Part shown: one piece after another, positions 54,300 to 63,923 of the stretch
Layout of the letters: each line of letters opens with the position of its first letter
Position numbering within the stretch: position 1 is the stretch's first letter
From: Patescibacteria group bacterium
GTDB lineage: Bacteria > Patescibacteriota > CPR2 > UBA1875 > CAIMLA01
DNA length: 64,000 nucleotides
Direction of reading: 5' to 3'
NCBI GenBank assembly: GCA_041738615.1
Contig: JBGSPL010000001.1
Span: 92,071-156,070, forward strand
The notes under the pieces: generated by a model
Database searches by the model: none
What the model saw: the letters and a program-made list of their open reading frames with translations, nothing else
Told to the model about the DNA's origin: nothing
Position numbers and translations under genes: made by a program

Positions 54300-54785
54300 C
54301 TAGGGCTTGCAAGAGCTCTTCTCGAGTAAATAATAGAGCGCTATTCCTGTAGCGGTAGCCACATTTAACGATTCTTTGGCGCCAAGCATGGGCAGATGTA
54401 CTATCTCGTCACAGATTGCTTGAATTTCTGGGTCTATCCCTTTTATTTCATTCCCCACAACGAGGACTGTGGGGAAGGTAGGCTCCACCTCCCAGATACA
54501 CTTAGATTCAGGCGTAAGCTCCAGACCGTAAATTGTTTTCCCTTGTGACTTGAGATTTTGTAACAACTCTATTGTATTAGAAACATATTCCCAGGAAACA
54601 GTGCTTTCTGCTCCCAGGGAGGTCTTGGCCACTTTCGGGTGCTCTGGGGTAGCAGAGTATCCGCAAAGATATATCTTCTCCGCCCCCATAGCGTCCGCCG
54701 TGCGAAAAATAGCGCCAATATTCATGGCACTCCGAATGTCCGGCAAGACTATGGTAATGGGTGTCTTCTCTTTCATATTAACCAT
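54300..54785 (-). CDS. SpoU/TrmH-family RNA 2'-O-methyltransferase (TrmL-like)
   Basis: SPOUT motifs (NIGAIFRTADAMG, LVVGNEIKGI, LNVATATGIALY). 161 aa. Confidence 0.72.
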   Translation of the reverse strand: MVNMKEKTPITIVLPDIRSAMNIGAIFRTADAMGAEKIYLCGYSATPEHPKVAKTSLGAESTVSWEYVSNTIELLQNLKSQGKTIYGLELTPESKCIWEVEPTFPTVLVVGNEIKGIDPEIQAICDEIVHLPMLGAKESLNVATATGIALYYLLEKSSCKP

Positions 54786-54821
54786 TCTATCAAAAAATCC
54801 CCCTTTCGGGGGATTTTGAAA

Positions 54822-55115
54822 TTACTCAGTGATCGGGGTGATTGGGTCGACGTGTACGATAGTTTTGCGCACGCGGTGGCCTGTGAATTTCATGACGCGT
54901 TTCTGAGTGTAGCGGATAACCCCAGCAACCTTAGCGTAAAGTGAGTCGTCGCCAGAAACAGCTACGTTTGTACCTGGCTCCCATTTGAGGCCACGTTGAC
55001 GCAGAATAATCTGACCAGCATTTGTAGTCTGTCCACCATATAGTTTTACACCCAATCTTTGTGATCTAGAGTCGCGGCCATTTCTAGTGGAACCGCCTGC
55101 CTTTGTATGTGACAT
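54822..55115 (-). CDS. rpmA: 50S ribosomal protein L27
   Basis: [29 protein letters not shown]. 97 aa. Confidence 0.92.
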   Translation of the reverse strand: MSHTKAGGSTRNGRDSRSQRLGVKLYGGQTTNAGQIILRQRGLKWEPGTNVAVSGDDSLYAKVAGVIRYTQKRVMKFTGHRVRKTIVHVDPITPITE

Positions 55116-55205
55116 CTTGGAGTCTCCTTAGTAGCTTTTGTTATGCACCTTCGGTGCGAAATACCAGAAAATTATACCTGAAAATGCGTTTCGAGTCAAG
55201 GATTA

Positions 55206-55649
55206 TTATGCTGCGCGCTCGACTGTTATCTTCATGGTGGCATGTACCCCGTGGCCAAGCTTGACGGTAGCCTCATGTTCTCCAAGGTCGTGAATCGGTT
55301 CTAGAATTTCAATATCGTGCTTATCAACTGCAAACTTTTTCGTCGCAAGGACCTCTGCCAGGTCGCGATTCGTGACTGCGCCAAAAAGTTTTCCTTCGTC
55401 TCCTGCCTGGGCGGTAACCGTAAAGGTAGCGGATTCTATCTTTTCTGCAAGAGTAGTAAGCTCTGCGGTAGCCTTCTCCTCCTCCTTCTTGATTTTTTCG
55501 ATCTTGGACTCTAGTTCTTTGACCTTATCTTCACTCGCAGGTACGGCAATCCCCTTTTTCAGAAGGTAGTTACGAGCATAACCGTCTGGAACTTCTTTGA
55601 TGTCCCCCACTTTGTGGTTCTCTTGGTTCTGTAGAAATAATACTTTCAT
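55206..55649 (-). CDS. rplI: 50S ribosomal protein L9
   Basis: MKVLFLQNQENHKVGDIKEVPDGYARNYLLKKGIAVPAS. 147 aa. Confidence 0.9.
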   Translation of the reverse strand: MKVLFLQNQENHKVGDIKEVPDGYARNYLLKKGIAVPASEDKVKELESKIEKIKKEEEKATAELTTLAEKIESATFTVTAQAGDEGKLFGAVTNRDLAEVLATKKFAVDKHDIEILEPIHDLGEHEATVKLGHGVHATMKITVERAA

Positions 55650-55658
55650 GCGTTTCTC

Positions 55659-56918
55659 CTATCTTATCTTGTCTAATAAATAACTAATTGCCTTCGCAAG
55701 TTGAGGGTCCTTATCAGCTTTGGCGTCTTCTTCGCTAAGCTTAACCTCAATATCTGGGCTGATACCTTCCTTGCTTATGTTCTTGCCCTTCGGCGTAAAC
55801 CAGTGTGCAACTGTGATGCGGATGCTCGCGCCTCCTGCTAAAGTATCCACCGTCTGTACCGAGCCTTTTCCAAAGGTCTTTTCTCCTATCAGCGTGCCTC
55901 GTCCGTTGTCCTTAATCGCACCAGCGACAATTTCTGATGCCGATGCTGAGCCGCCGTTTACGAGAACTACTAGAGGAATTTTGTTTTCGATCAGGTTTCC
56001 CTTGCCAGTAGCAAAGTATTTCTGCTCGGTACTGCTCTTTTCTGTTGCCTTCTCTGAAACAACGATTCCAGATTTCACAAACTCGCTCGCCACATCTACG
56101 GCAGCATCTAGGTAGCCGCCAGGATTGTTTCTTAGGTCCAGAATGATAGCCCTCAAGTTTTTGCCAGAAAGGTCCTGTGTCGCTTGCTTGATCTGGGATG
56201 AAGTGTTCGCGTCAAAACGAGTAATCTGGATGTAGCCTACGTTATTTTCTTTTAACTCCCATTTGACACTTTTGGTATCTACCTTGGCTCTAGTAATTTC
56301 GTAGTCAATCTTTGCAAACCCTCTTTGGATAGAAAGCTTTACCTTAGTTCCAACCTCACCGCGAATCTTAGACACAGCAGTGGCAAGGTCCATTCCGGTA
56401 GTATCGGCACCATCTATTGTGAAAATGATGTCGTTTGCCATAATGCCAGCCTTGATTGCTGGGGAGCCGTCAATAGGCGCGATTACGACGACCCTATTAT
56501 CTTTGATACCGACCTCAGCACCGATACCATTAACGCTGCCTTCTAGCTCCTGGCTAAATGATTTGGCCTCCTCGGGAGTCATAAAGACCGTGTATGGATC
56601 TCCGAGTGACTTTACCATTCCGTTTATGGCGCCATACACCATTTCCTGTGCATCTATCTTGCCGTCAAAGTTTTTTGCCAAACGATCCCAAACCTGCCAG
56701 AAAAGTGAGAAATCTACAGAGTTTGTAGTGGCTGTCTTTCCGGCAATATTAATCGAATTTATTCCCTGAGTTTGGAAATCCATATGACCAAATGCCCAGC
56801 CGAAGATAAAGGAAATAAAGATAACAGCACCAATTAATATTTTTGTGTTGCGCTGATCGTTACATTCTTTGGTTTGTTTGGTAGATTTACTAATCATAAA
56901 AGGCGCCTTATTTAGCAC
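55659..56918 (-). CDS. ctpA: carboxyl-terminal processing protease (S41) with PDZ domain
   Basis: N-terminal TM helix, PDZ domain, and S41 catalytic region (GGSASASEIVAGAIKDNGRGTLIGEKTFGKGSVQ). Confidence 0.85.
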   Translation of the reverse strand: MLNKAPFMISKSTKQTKECNDQRNTKILIGAVIFISFIFGWAFGHMDFQTQGINSINIAGKTATTNSVDFSLFWQVWDRLAKNFDGKIDAQEMVYGAINGMVKSLGDPYTVFMTPEEAKSFSQELEGSVNGIGAEVGIKDNRVVVIAPIDGSPAIKAGIMANDIIFTIDGADTTGMDLATAVSKIRGEVGTKVKLSIQRGFAKIDYEITRAKVDTKSVKWELKENNVGYIQITRFDANTSSQIKQATQDLSGKNLRAIILDLRNNPGGYLDAAVDVASEFVKSGIVVSEKATEKSSTEQKYFATGKGNLIENKIPLVVLVNGGSASASEIVAGAIKDNGRGTLIGEKTFGKGSVQTVDTLAGGASIRITVAHWFTPKGKNISKEGISPDIEVKLSEEDAKADKDPQLAKAISYLLDKIR

Positions 56919-56958
56919 CTTTTATTGTAACGTAGATTAAGCGTGGTGGCAATTTGTT

Positions 56959-58119
56959 CTAATGGATGAAGTATGCACCATAACTGTAAGGATTTACCGT
57001 TCTCATCGTGAACGAGTCTGGAGTCCAGTTGTATTCAGAAATATTTACAGTGCCGTCACCGTTGACAGAATCCACGAATGCAACGTGGCCATAGCTCCCA
57101 AGATTTGGGAAGATCATCGCGTCTCCCGACTGAGGCGTGTAGCTTTGAGGATAGCCAGCTGCTCCCCCTGTCCATTCACCCCCATTGCCGATAGCTGGTG
57201 GGATAGGCTTGCCAATCTTTCGTCGTTTCCAGGCGACATAAGAGGTACACTGGCCGATATAGTAACCCATTCCGTCCTCGGTACATGTTCCATAATTACA
57301 GCTAAGAGAACGGGGTACAGGGCTTCCCCATGGATAGTCGCTGGAACCGTTCAGGATTGTCTCCCCGTAGGCTACAGAAAGTCGCGCTTTCTTCTGGTAA
57401 AGGGCATCTTTTTGGCTCGCAAGATCGTTGTTGGAGGCATTTACGCCAGCGATCACGGAGTTCCTATAGGCTTGCTGTGAAGCCAGGGCGTTCTTTTGGG
57501 CAGTCTGTGATGCAAGCAGTGATTCTGCGTTTGCTTTCGTAATCTCGACTTCATTTTTCTGCTTCGTCAGCTCGTCTTTTAGGGCAACAATCTTTTTCAC
57601 AGTATCTGTAACCTTTGCCTGCATAGTATTTAGATACTCAGAGCGATCTACAAAGTCGGAAAAGTTTTTCGCGGTAAGTACCAGCTGAACTTGTGATACT
57701 TGACCGTCTATGTACATCTGACGCACGTACTCACCAAGAAGTGTTTTTTGTTTTGTTATATTATCTTCAGATTCAGTAATCTTCGCGGTCAATGTTGCTA
57801 TTTGTTCGTTGGCTTGGTCTAGCTGCAGCTGGGTAGAGTTTACCTGGAGCCGAATTACCTCTACTTGAGAGTCTATGGTAGCAAGCTCGCTCTCTGCCGT
57901 TTGTTTTTTTGCCAGATTGTCACCGATAGACTTATTGATGCCTTCAATCTGCTGGTTGATTTTATCAATCTCGCTAACCGCCTTTACAGGCTTGGCATCA
58001 TAAAGAGAGACTGGCATTGCTAGAGTAACCATCAAAAATAGCACGCCAATAAATTTGCCGAGCTGCTTAATATTCATTTTTATATTTGAAAGTTGAATTT
58101 TTGAATCACGATGAGGCAT
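56959..58119 (-). CDS. PcsB-like secreted peptidoglycan hydrolase: N-terminal coiled coil plus C-terminal CHAP domain
   Basis: Signal peptide, about 230 aa of heptad-rich coiled coil, then CHAP (GQCTSYVAWKRRK...GHVAFVDS). Lies immediately upstream of ftsX-ftsE. Confidence 0.75.
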   Translation of the reverse strand: MPHRDSKIQLSNIKMNIKQLGKFIGVLFLMVTLAMPVSLYDAKPVKAVSEIDKINQQIEGINKSIGDNLAKKQTAESELATIDSQVEVIRLQVNSTQLQLDQANEQIATLTAKITESEDNITKQKTLLGEYVRQMYIDGQVSQVQLVLTAKNFSDFVDRSEYLNTMQAKVTDTVKKIVALKDELTKQKNEVEITKANAESLLASQTAQKNALASQQAYRNSVIAGVNASNNDLASQKDALYQKKARLSVAYGETILNGSSDYPWGSPVPRSLSCNYGTCTEDGMGYYIGQCTSYVAWKRRKIGKPIPPAIGNGGEWTGGAAGYPQSYTPQSGDAMIFPNLGSYGHVAFVDSVNGDGTVNISEYNWTPDSFTMRTVNPYSYGAYFIH

Positions 58120-58160
58120 TTACCCTCCTACGGGTTATTTTATCACTTTTGACACCCTTG

Positions 58161-59075
58161 TCAAGACTGGAGCTTTAGATGCTTACGAATAGCGAGCCAG
58201 CTGGAGAAAACTCCAATCGCGAAACCGACAACTAGCTGGGCCAGGGTGATAATTACAACGTTATCTCTCATATAATCTGTGAGGCTGGTCCCGGCATCAC
58301 TAAAGTAGTTTGCGAGAGCGGGAGCCGCAAAGTATAGCAGAGATGACATGATCGTTAGCGTAATGAGGGTTGCCACGAAACCGTAGATAGCACCTTCTAT
58401 CAGGAAGGGCCCCTTGATGAAGCTCGGCGTTGCTCCTACCAGTTTCATAATCTCAATCTCTTCCATGCGGGAGAAGATAGCGATGCGAACAGTATTGAAT
58501 ATTATGACCAGAGAAACGATGGTGAAAACAATAGTAATTCCGATACCCAGCTCTCGGCTGAAGTTAGTCGCCTTAAGTAGATTCTGGATAATGACCTTGT
58601 TGTCTTGGTAGCTGATTTTGTCGATGGCAATTTTGTACTTGTTCTGAGCCAGGATATCGCTAATACTGTTTAACTTATCGGGGTTGTAAACCTTGATTTC
58701 TAAGCTAGCAGGCAAAGAGTTGCCGATGCTATCGATAGATTCTATAAGGGCCTTGTTGTTGGCGTTCTGTTTCTTGAATTTTGCAAGGGCATCGTCCTTG
58801 GATATGTACTTTATAGATCTTACATCCGGCAGGTTTGCTAGGTCGTTTTGCATCCCGACGACAACAGACTGCTTCACGTCTTCTTTGAGATAGACGGACA
58901 TGTCAATCTTGTCCTGTATCGTTTTGATTCCGGTATTGAGAGCCATGTTGATAACAAAAAACATAGAGAGCGTTAGTAGGGTTAGTACCATAACGGTTAT
59001 GGAGGCTACCGAGAGCCAACCATTTCGAAAGAAGCTGGAGACGCCGGCTTTAAATACACGTAAAAATGCTTGCAT
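58161..59075 (-). CDS. ftsX: cell division permease FtsX
   Basis: 304-aa protein with TM1, a large extracellular loop, and 3 C-terminal TM helices. Its stop overlaps the ftsE start codon region. Confidence 0.85.
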   Translation of the reverse strand: MQAFLRVFKAGVSSFFRNGWLSVASITVMVLTLLTLSMFFVINMALNTGIKTIQDKIDMSVYLKEDVKQSVVVGMQNDLANLPDVRSIKYISKDDALAKFKKQNANNKALIESIDSIGNSLPASLEIKVYNPDKLNSISDILAQNKYKIAIDKISYQDNKVIIQNLLKATNFSRELGIGITIVFTIVSLVIIFNTVRIAIFSRMEEIEIMKLVGATPSFIKGPFLIEGAIYGFVATLITLTIMSSLLYFAAPALANYFSDAGTSLTDYMRDNVVIITLAQLVVGFAIGVFSSWLAIRKHLKLQS

Positions 59076-59767
59076 TAGTTGTCGTACCTCCCCATTTTTT
59101 CGTCGCGCACAATTTTGCCATCCTGGATCTTTATCACGCGTTTCTTGAGCTTATTTACGATGTGGGAGTTGTGCGTCGTCATGATGACAGTAGTCCCCAT
59201 CTCGTTGATCTTGGTAAGAATCTCTACAATGTCCCACGAAGTCTTTGGGTCCAGGTTTCCTGTAGGCTCGTCGGCAATAAGTATTCGTGGCTGGTGAACA
59301 AGTGCACGCGCAATTGCCACGCGCTGTCTCTCACCACCCGAGAGCTCTCTAGGAAAGCAGTTAATCTTATCGGATAGCGCCACTAGCTCGATGATCTTTG
59401 GCACTCGCTCATTGATTTCCTTAGTTTTTACGCCAGCTACCTCGAGGGCATAAGCAACGTTCTCAAAAACGGTTTTCTTTGGCAATAGCTTATAGTCCTG
59501 AAAAACCACACCGATCTTGCGACGTAGGTATGGGATATCACGTTTTTTAAGTTCGGCATAATCAAGACCACCCACGTAAATACGGCCCTCATCAGGGACT
59601 ATTTCTCGGTTTATCAGCTTTATAAGTGTGGATTTACCGGCTCCAGATGAGCCAACAACACTGACGAATTCGCCAGGTTTTATATGCATTGAGACGTTGA
59701 CGAGAGCATCCGATTGTGTGCCCTCTTTTGTCTTATAAATTTTTGATACTTTCTCAAAATATATCAT
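59075..59767 (-). CDS. ftsE: cell division ABC ATPase FtsE
   Basis: GSSGAGKST Walker A, LSGGERQRVAIARAL signature, ILIADEPTGNLD Walker B. 230 aa. Confidence 0.92.
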   Translation of the reverse strand: MIYFEKVSKIYKTKEGTQSDALVNVSMHIKPGEFVSVVGSSGAGKSTLIKLINREIVPDEGRIYVGGLDYAELKKRDIPYLRRKIGVVFQDYKLLPKKTVFENVAYALEVAGVKTKEINERVPKIIELVALSDKINCFPRELSGGERQRVAIARALVHQPRILIADEPTGNLDPKTSWDIVEILTKINEMGTTVIMTTHNSHIVNKLKKRVIKIQDGKIVRDEKMGRYDN

Positions 59768-59873
59768 TGAGATGTAGTTTCCCTCTCTTGGTTGGTGCGT
59801 TTACATAAATAGTTTAAACTTATCTCTAGTTGAGGTCAAGGCTGAATCTGTATAAGATATTTATTCAAATAAG

Positions 59874-60962
59874 TTACTTTTTACTGTCACGTAGCCAAGC
59901 CTCAATAAACTCGTCGATTCCGCCTTCTAGTACTTTTTGAACATCGGCAGTTTCATAGTTTGTTCGATGGTCCTTCACGAGCGTATAAGGCTGGAGAACA
60001 TAGGAACGTATTTGATTTCCCCACTCGGCTGAGATGTTTTCGCCTTTGATCCTTGCAAGCTCTGCCGCTTTCTCTTTCTCCTCAAGGTCGATAAGCTTGG
60101 CTACCAATACTTTCATGGCTGTTTCTTTGTTTTGGAGTTGGCTTCGCTCGTTTTGGCAGGTGGCAGTAAGTCCGGTTGGAAGATGAGTAATGCGGACAGC
60201 CGAGTCGGTGGTATTCACACTCTGCCCGCCGTGGCCACCAGAGCGGTAAACGTCTATTCGAAGTTCTTTTTCATCCAGTTTGTAGTCCGTAGCAATAATC
60301 TCAGGCACCACCTCTAAGAGGGCAAAAGAGGTGTGTCTGGCTTTTGCAGCATCATAAGGGGAGATTCGTACCAGACGATGAACTCCATGTTCACTGCGTA
60401 GATATCCATAGGCTTGTGGGCCCCTAACCTCAATGGTCATCCCCTTGATTCCCGCTTCATCCCCCGCAGTTTCACTAATGATAACTATTCCAAATCCATT
60501 CTTTTCGGCAAACTTGAGGTACATTCTACCGAGCATCTCGGCCCAATCTTGGGCGTCGACTCCCCCGCTTCCGGCACTGATAGAGAGAATTGCATTCTCA
60601 TGATCATGGGGACCGGTAAATAGTAGTTCAAACTCAAGAGTCTCAAAGGTTTTCTCGGCTTTTTCGATACCAGCTACGATCTCTGATACCATCTCGTGGT
60701 CACTTTCGGTTGTATTGGCTGTTAATTCTGTAAGGTCATTGATATCAGTGGTAATCTGATCCCAGCTCTTAAGTCGGTTCTCTATATTACCAATAAGCTG
60801 CATTGTTTCCTGAGCGGCGGAAACGTTGTCCCAGAAGCCCTCGGTAGAGGCTTTTCCCTGGAGGTCTCCAAGTTCGGTTCGGTCCACTTCAAGGTTCAGC
60901 ATTAAAAATGCTTTTTCGAGTCGCTCGGATAAGTTCTTGAGGCGTTCTTTAATCTCATTCAT
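59874..60962 (-). CDS. prfB: peptide chain release factor 2
   Basis: GGQ motif (RSGGHGGQSVNT) and SPY/SPF-type tripeptide (RISPYDAAKARHTSFA). It is a single uninterrupted ORF with no programmed +1 frameshift site. Confidence 0.88.
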   Translation of the reverse strand: MNEIKERLKNLSERLEKAFLMLNLEVDRTELGDLQGKASTEGFWDNVSAAQETMQLIGNIENRLKSWDQITTDINDLTELTANTTESDHEMVSEIVAGIEKAEKTFETLEFELLFTGPHDHENAILSISAGSGGVDAQDWAEMLGRMYLKFAEKNGFGIVIISETAGDEAGIKGMTIEVRGPQAYGYLRSEHGVHRLVRISPYDAAKARHTSFALLEVVPEIIATDYKLDEKELRIDVYRSGGHGGQSVNTTDSAVRITHLPTGLTATCQNERSQLQNKETAMKVLVAKLIDLEEKEKAAELARIKGENISAEWGNQIRSYVLQPYTLVKDHRTNYETADVQKVLEGGIDEFIEAWLRDSKK

Positions 60963-61011
60963 GAGGGTATTATACGGGAAATGTGCCTCTAATGCGAGCG
61001 CCTAGATATCA

Positions 61012-61041
61012 AAAAGACCCCTCTTGCGAGGGGTCTTTTAG
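61012..61041. terminator. rho-independent terminator (bidirectional)
   Basis: gacccctc-ttgc-gaggggtc forms an 8-bp G/C stem flanked by A-run and T-run. It lies directly after the stop of gene 61049..62047. Confidence 0.7.
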
Positions 61042-61048
61042 TAAAAGA

Positions 61049-62047
61049 TTATTTAATCTTTTTGAGGGCGCCGAGTAAGTTCTTCTTACTTCGGAGGTAA
61101 GCCCATGCGGCACCACCTGTAGAGGTAAGACCGATGGCACCAGCAGCTGCTTCCGCAGGACCAGAGGTTGGCATGTTGCCCTTACCAGTAGTTATCACTA
61201 CTGGTGTCTCTGGGTGCTTAGGCTCTTCTGGTATGACCGGCTTTTCAGTTACGGTTACAGTGGCGTCACAGATGACTGTGCCACCCTCACCGTTGGCTGT
61301 TAGAGTGTAAGTAGTGGTAGACGCAGGAGTAACCTGATTAGAACCAGAACCTACGACCACGTTGCCTACACCTTGGTCGATGCTAGCTGAAGTAGCATTT
61401 GTAGTGGTGTAACTAAGAGTTGAGCTGTTGCCCTTCTTGACTGAGGTCGGGTTAGCCACGAGCGTACAGACTGGCTTAGGCTTTTCAACTTCGATTACTT
61501 TAACCGTAATTACGATTGACTCCTCGAAGTTGTAGCAAGGTTTCTGTGATGCTATGTTGTAACCACCTCCGACAATGCTGTCGTCGACGCTCACTACTTG
61601 CCAGTTTGGAACAGCGTTCGTACCGGTGTTGAACTTGCGTGTAGCAGATCCAGCAACATACTCTAGCTTTGTTTTCACGTTCGTATTGATAACGGCCGTG
61701 TCAACTATAGTGGCGATGTTCGAACCGCTTACAGTAGCGGTAGAAACATGTCCAGTACCTTCAGTCGTTGGTAGAGCTACCTTGATGTTTAGATTCTGGG
61801 CATTGATCCCAGAATTCTCATTTTCTTTGTTGTGGTAGTAAACCATCACCCTCATCTCATCTCCAGGCTTGGCGCTAGCCGCAGCTCTGTAGGTGGTTTC
61901 GTTGTTGGTTTTGTTACGCACCGTGTGCATAGCTTCGTAGGAGATGTTTCCAGCAGCACTAGCTACAGTACTTACACCAAACATGGCGAGTAATGCGTAG
62001 ACCGCTAGAATTCTCTTACCTTTTAGTTTTGTTGGGTTTTTTTTCAT
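61049..62047 (-). CDS. cell-surface protein with signal peptide, Thr/Ser/Val-rich repeat domain and C-terminal sortase-type sorting signal
   Basis: MKKNPTKLKGKRILAVYALLAMFGVSTVASA signal. C-terminal NMPTSG motif, hydrophobic stretch (PAEAAAGAIGLTSTGGAAWAYL) and basic tail (RSKKN). 332 aa. Confidence 0.55.
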   Translation of the reverse strand: MKKNPTKLKGKRILAVYALLAMFGVSTVASAAGNISYEAMHTVRNKTNNETTYRAAASAKPGDEMRVMVYYHNKENENSGINAQNLNIKVALPTTEGTGHVSTATVSGSNIATIVDTAVINTNVKTKLEYVAGSATRKFNTGTNAVPNWQVVSVDDSIVGGGYNIASQKPCYNFEESIVITVKVIEVEKPKPVCTLVANPTSVKKGNSSTLSYTTTNATSASIDQGVGNVVVGSGSNQVTPASTTTYTLTANGEGGTVICDATVTVTEKPVIPEEPKHPETPVVITTGKGNMPTSGPAEAAAGAIGLTSTGGAAWAYLRSKKNLLGALKKIK

Positions 62048-62192
62048 CTTATACCTCCTTAAGGTATATTAATAATTTTGTTGCCTATCCCAGGAACATT
62101 TCAAGCTTTGCCTGTGATGTTCCAACGATACGGAATTTTATTGGGGGTGCCAGGTTGCGCGATTGCGCAACCTGGCGTAGACACCCATGACA

Positions 62193-62951
62193 CTACTCTT
62201 GCCCAGCCCCACCGCTGGTACCGATTGTCTTCTGGACTGTGTCAGCGGTTGACCCGCTGCTCTTCTTGTTGCCACAGCCCTTGACGACTTTCTTGTGCTT
62301 CTTGACCACCTTCTTGATGACCACCTTCTTGATGATCACCCTCCTGGTGATGCGGGTCGGTGCAACGTGCACCGACTTGCGAGGGGTCTTGCCCGCATAG
62401 AAGCTGACGGGGTTCAGGCATCCGATACGGAGGGCCGGGGTTCCATCCGTCCACGTTAGGAACTTCTGCCCCTTGGTGGTCGTGTTATGGAACGGCTTCC
62501 AGCGTCCGTCCTCGCGATTGCTTCCGAGGTCGGTGTCGATGAAAGTCATCCCTGCCCGCGGCGCCTTCCACGTGTGGAAGATGCCGTGGTCGTAGTCGTA
62601 CTCGAGCCGAGCAAGTTCCTTCTTGACGAAGTTCTTGCCTTTGAGCTGGTACATCCTCTTCAGGATGTCCGAGTTCTCCGGGCTGTTGAGAGCCCTGATG
62701 GCTCCTTTCCAGCTACGGACGTCGAGCGTTCCTACAGGAAGCGGCGGGACCGTCTCCGTCGTCGACGCCGGAACTACTGCAGACTGAGTCTGCTGCACCT
62801 GCGTCGCTGTCGTAGACGTCGGCTCGGGAACAACCACCGTAATCGGGGGGTTGTTCACTTTGACGCACCCAGAGGTAAGCAGCAAAGCTGCCACCACCAG
62901 GCCTACAAGAGCGTTCTTGGCCGCGTGGGCGGCCGTTTTGTTGCGTGCCAT
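62193..62951 (-). CDS. putative lipoprotein (GC-rich island) with Lys/Val-rich repeats
   Basis: Lipobox LLLTSGC, Thr/Pro-rich linker, and C-terminal IIKKVVIKKVVKKHKKVVKG repeats. The ATG at 62951 overlaps the stop of a 35-aa upstream ORF (TAATG). A GTG start at 62960 is an alternative. Confidence 0.5.
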   Translation of the reverse strand: MARNKTAAHAAKNALVGLVVAALLLTSGCVKVNNPPITVVVPEPTSTTATQVQQTQSAVVPASTTETVPPLPVGTLDVRSWKGAIRALNSPENSDILKRMYQLKGKNFVKKELARLEYDYDHGIFHTWKAPRAGMTFIDTDLGSNREDGRWKPFHNTTTKGQKFLTWTDGTPALRIGCLNPVSFYAGKTPRKSVHVAPTRITRRVIIKKVVIKKVVKKHKKVVKGCGNKKSSGSTADTVQKTIGTSGGAGQE

Positions 62952-63138
62952 TACTGGCACCCCCTTTCAGGGATCTTGCGACCGCCGGCCGCTTGTTTAG
63001 GATAACTCTCATCGCCTTCGGCAATTTGAGGTGTCAAGGTGTAGGTCGACGAACTCATGGTTACCCAGATTTCTGGTCGACTGAACAATATATCACAAAT
63101 ATTTAAACTTGTCAAGTACTTTTCAGTCGATATGAAAC

Positions 63139-63164
63139 AAAGAAAAGAGAGGGTGTCCCTCTCC
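63139..63164 (-). terminator. rho-independent terminator of the ccdA-like gene
   Basis: gagaggg-tgt-ccctctc forms a 7-bp stem, followed on the minus strand by TTTTCTTTGTTT. Confidence 0.6.
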
Positions 63165-63227
63165 TTACATATATATTATAGCACTGTAGTCAAATAAAGT
63201 GCGGTTTTGCTTGGTATCTTTGTTGCG

Positions 63228-63923
63228 TTATTTCGTAAACCAGAGAATGACAACCCCGAGGATCAGCATCATAAACGCCAGAAATAAGTGAAGTTTGCGA
63301 CCATGCTTTTCTTGAAGGTTGATAAATTTCTCTGTTGTAAGTTTGTTCGTTGTGAGCGCAAAAATACCAATTAGGGGCAAGACAAACATTAGGTTGTAAA
63401 GAAGCAGGTACCCAACTCCTACAAAAAAGTTTACCTGAGTATGCAGGAGGCTGATGATGGCGAGGTATATCGCTCCAGAGCATGGGAATTCGTAGATTCC
63501 GATAAGAAACCCTACCACAACAGCAGATGTAATTGTCGCTTCATAGGCGTATTTGCTCACATAGCCGCGGACCTTTAGTGGAATGCGCACGCTAAATGGT
63601 AGATTCGGGAAAAAGTACTCCTTGATGTTCATTGCACCAAAGAAAAAGACCAGCGCTGCCCCGAGCTTTGCTACGAGGTTTGGAATCGGCAAGCTAGAAG
63701 CCCGCATAAAATCGAGTATTTTGAGTCCAGAGATGCCAATAAGGAAGTATGTAACATAAATAGAAATGATGTAGGCAAGAGCAAAGGCCATGATGTCTTT
63801 GCGGTCCTTCTTGAGAGTAAACATCAAGGAGATATATATCAGTAAAAGTGAGATAGCACATGGATTGAAGCTGTCAACAAAGCCCGAGGTTAGAACGACT
63901 GATAATAATGGTGGCTGAATCAT
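63228..63923 (-). CDS. CcdA/DsbD-family thiol-disulfide transporter (cytochrome c biogenesis protein transmembrane region)
   Basis: 231-aa protein with 6 TM helices and membrane-embedded Cys in TM1 (SFNPCAISLL) and TM4 (YEFPCSGAIYL). Confidence 0.65.
   Translation of the reverse strand: MIQPPLLSVVLTSGFVDSFNPCAISLLLIYISLMFTLKKDRKDIMAFALAYIISIYVTYFLIGISGLKILDFMRASSLPIPNLVAKLGAALVFFFGAMNIKEYFFPNLPFSVRIPLKVRGYVSKYAYEATITSAVVVGFLIGIYEFPCSGAIYLAIISLLHTQVNFFVGVGYLLLYNLMFVLPLIGIFALTTNKLTTEKFINLQEKHGRKLHLFLAFMMLILGVVILWFTK

Noticed and set aside
59874-60962. Programmed +1 frameshift in prfB
   Set aside because: RF2 is encoded as one continuous 362-aa frame. There is no in-frame UGA near codon 25 and no CUU-UGA-C shift site, so no recoding is evident.
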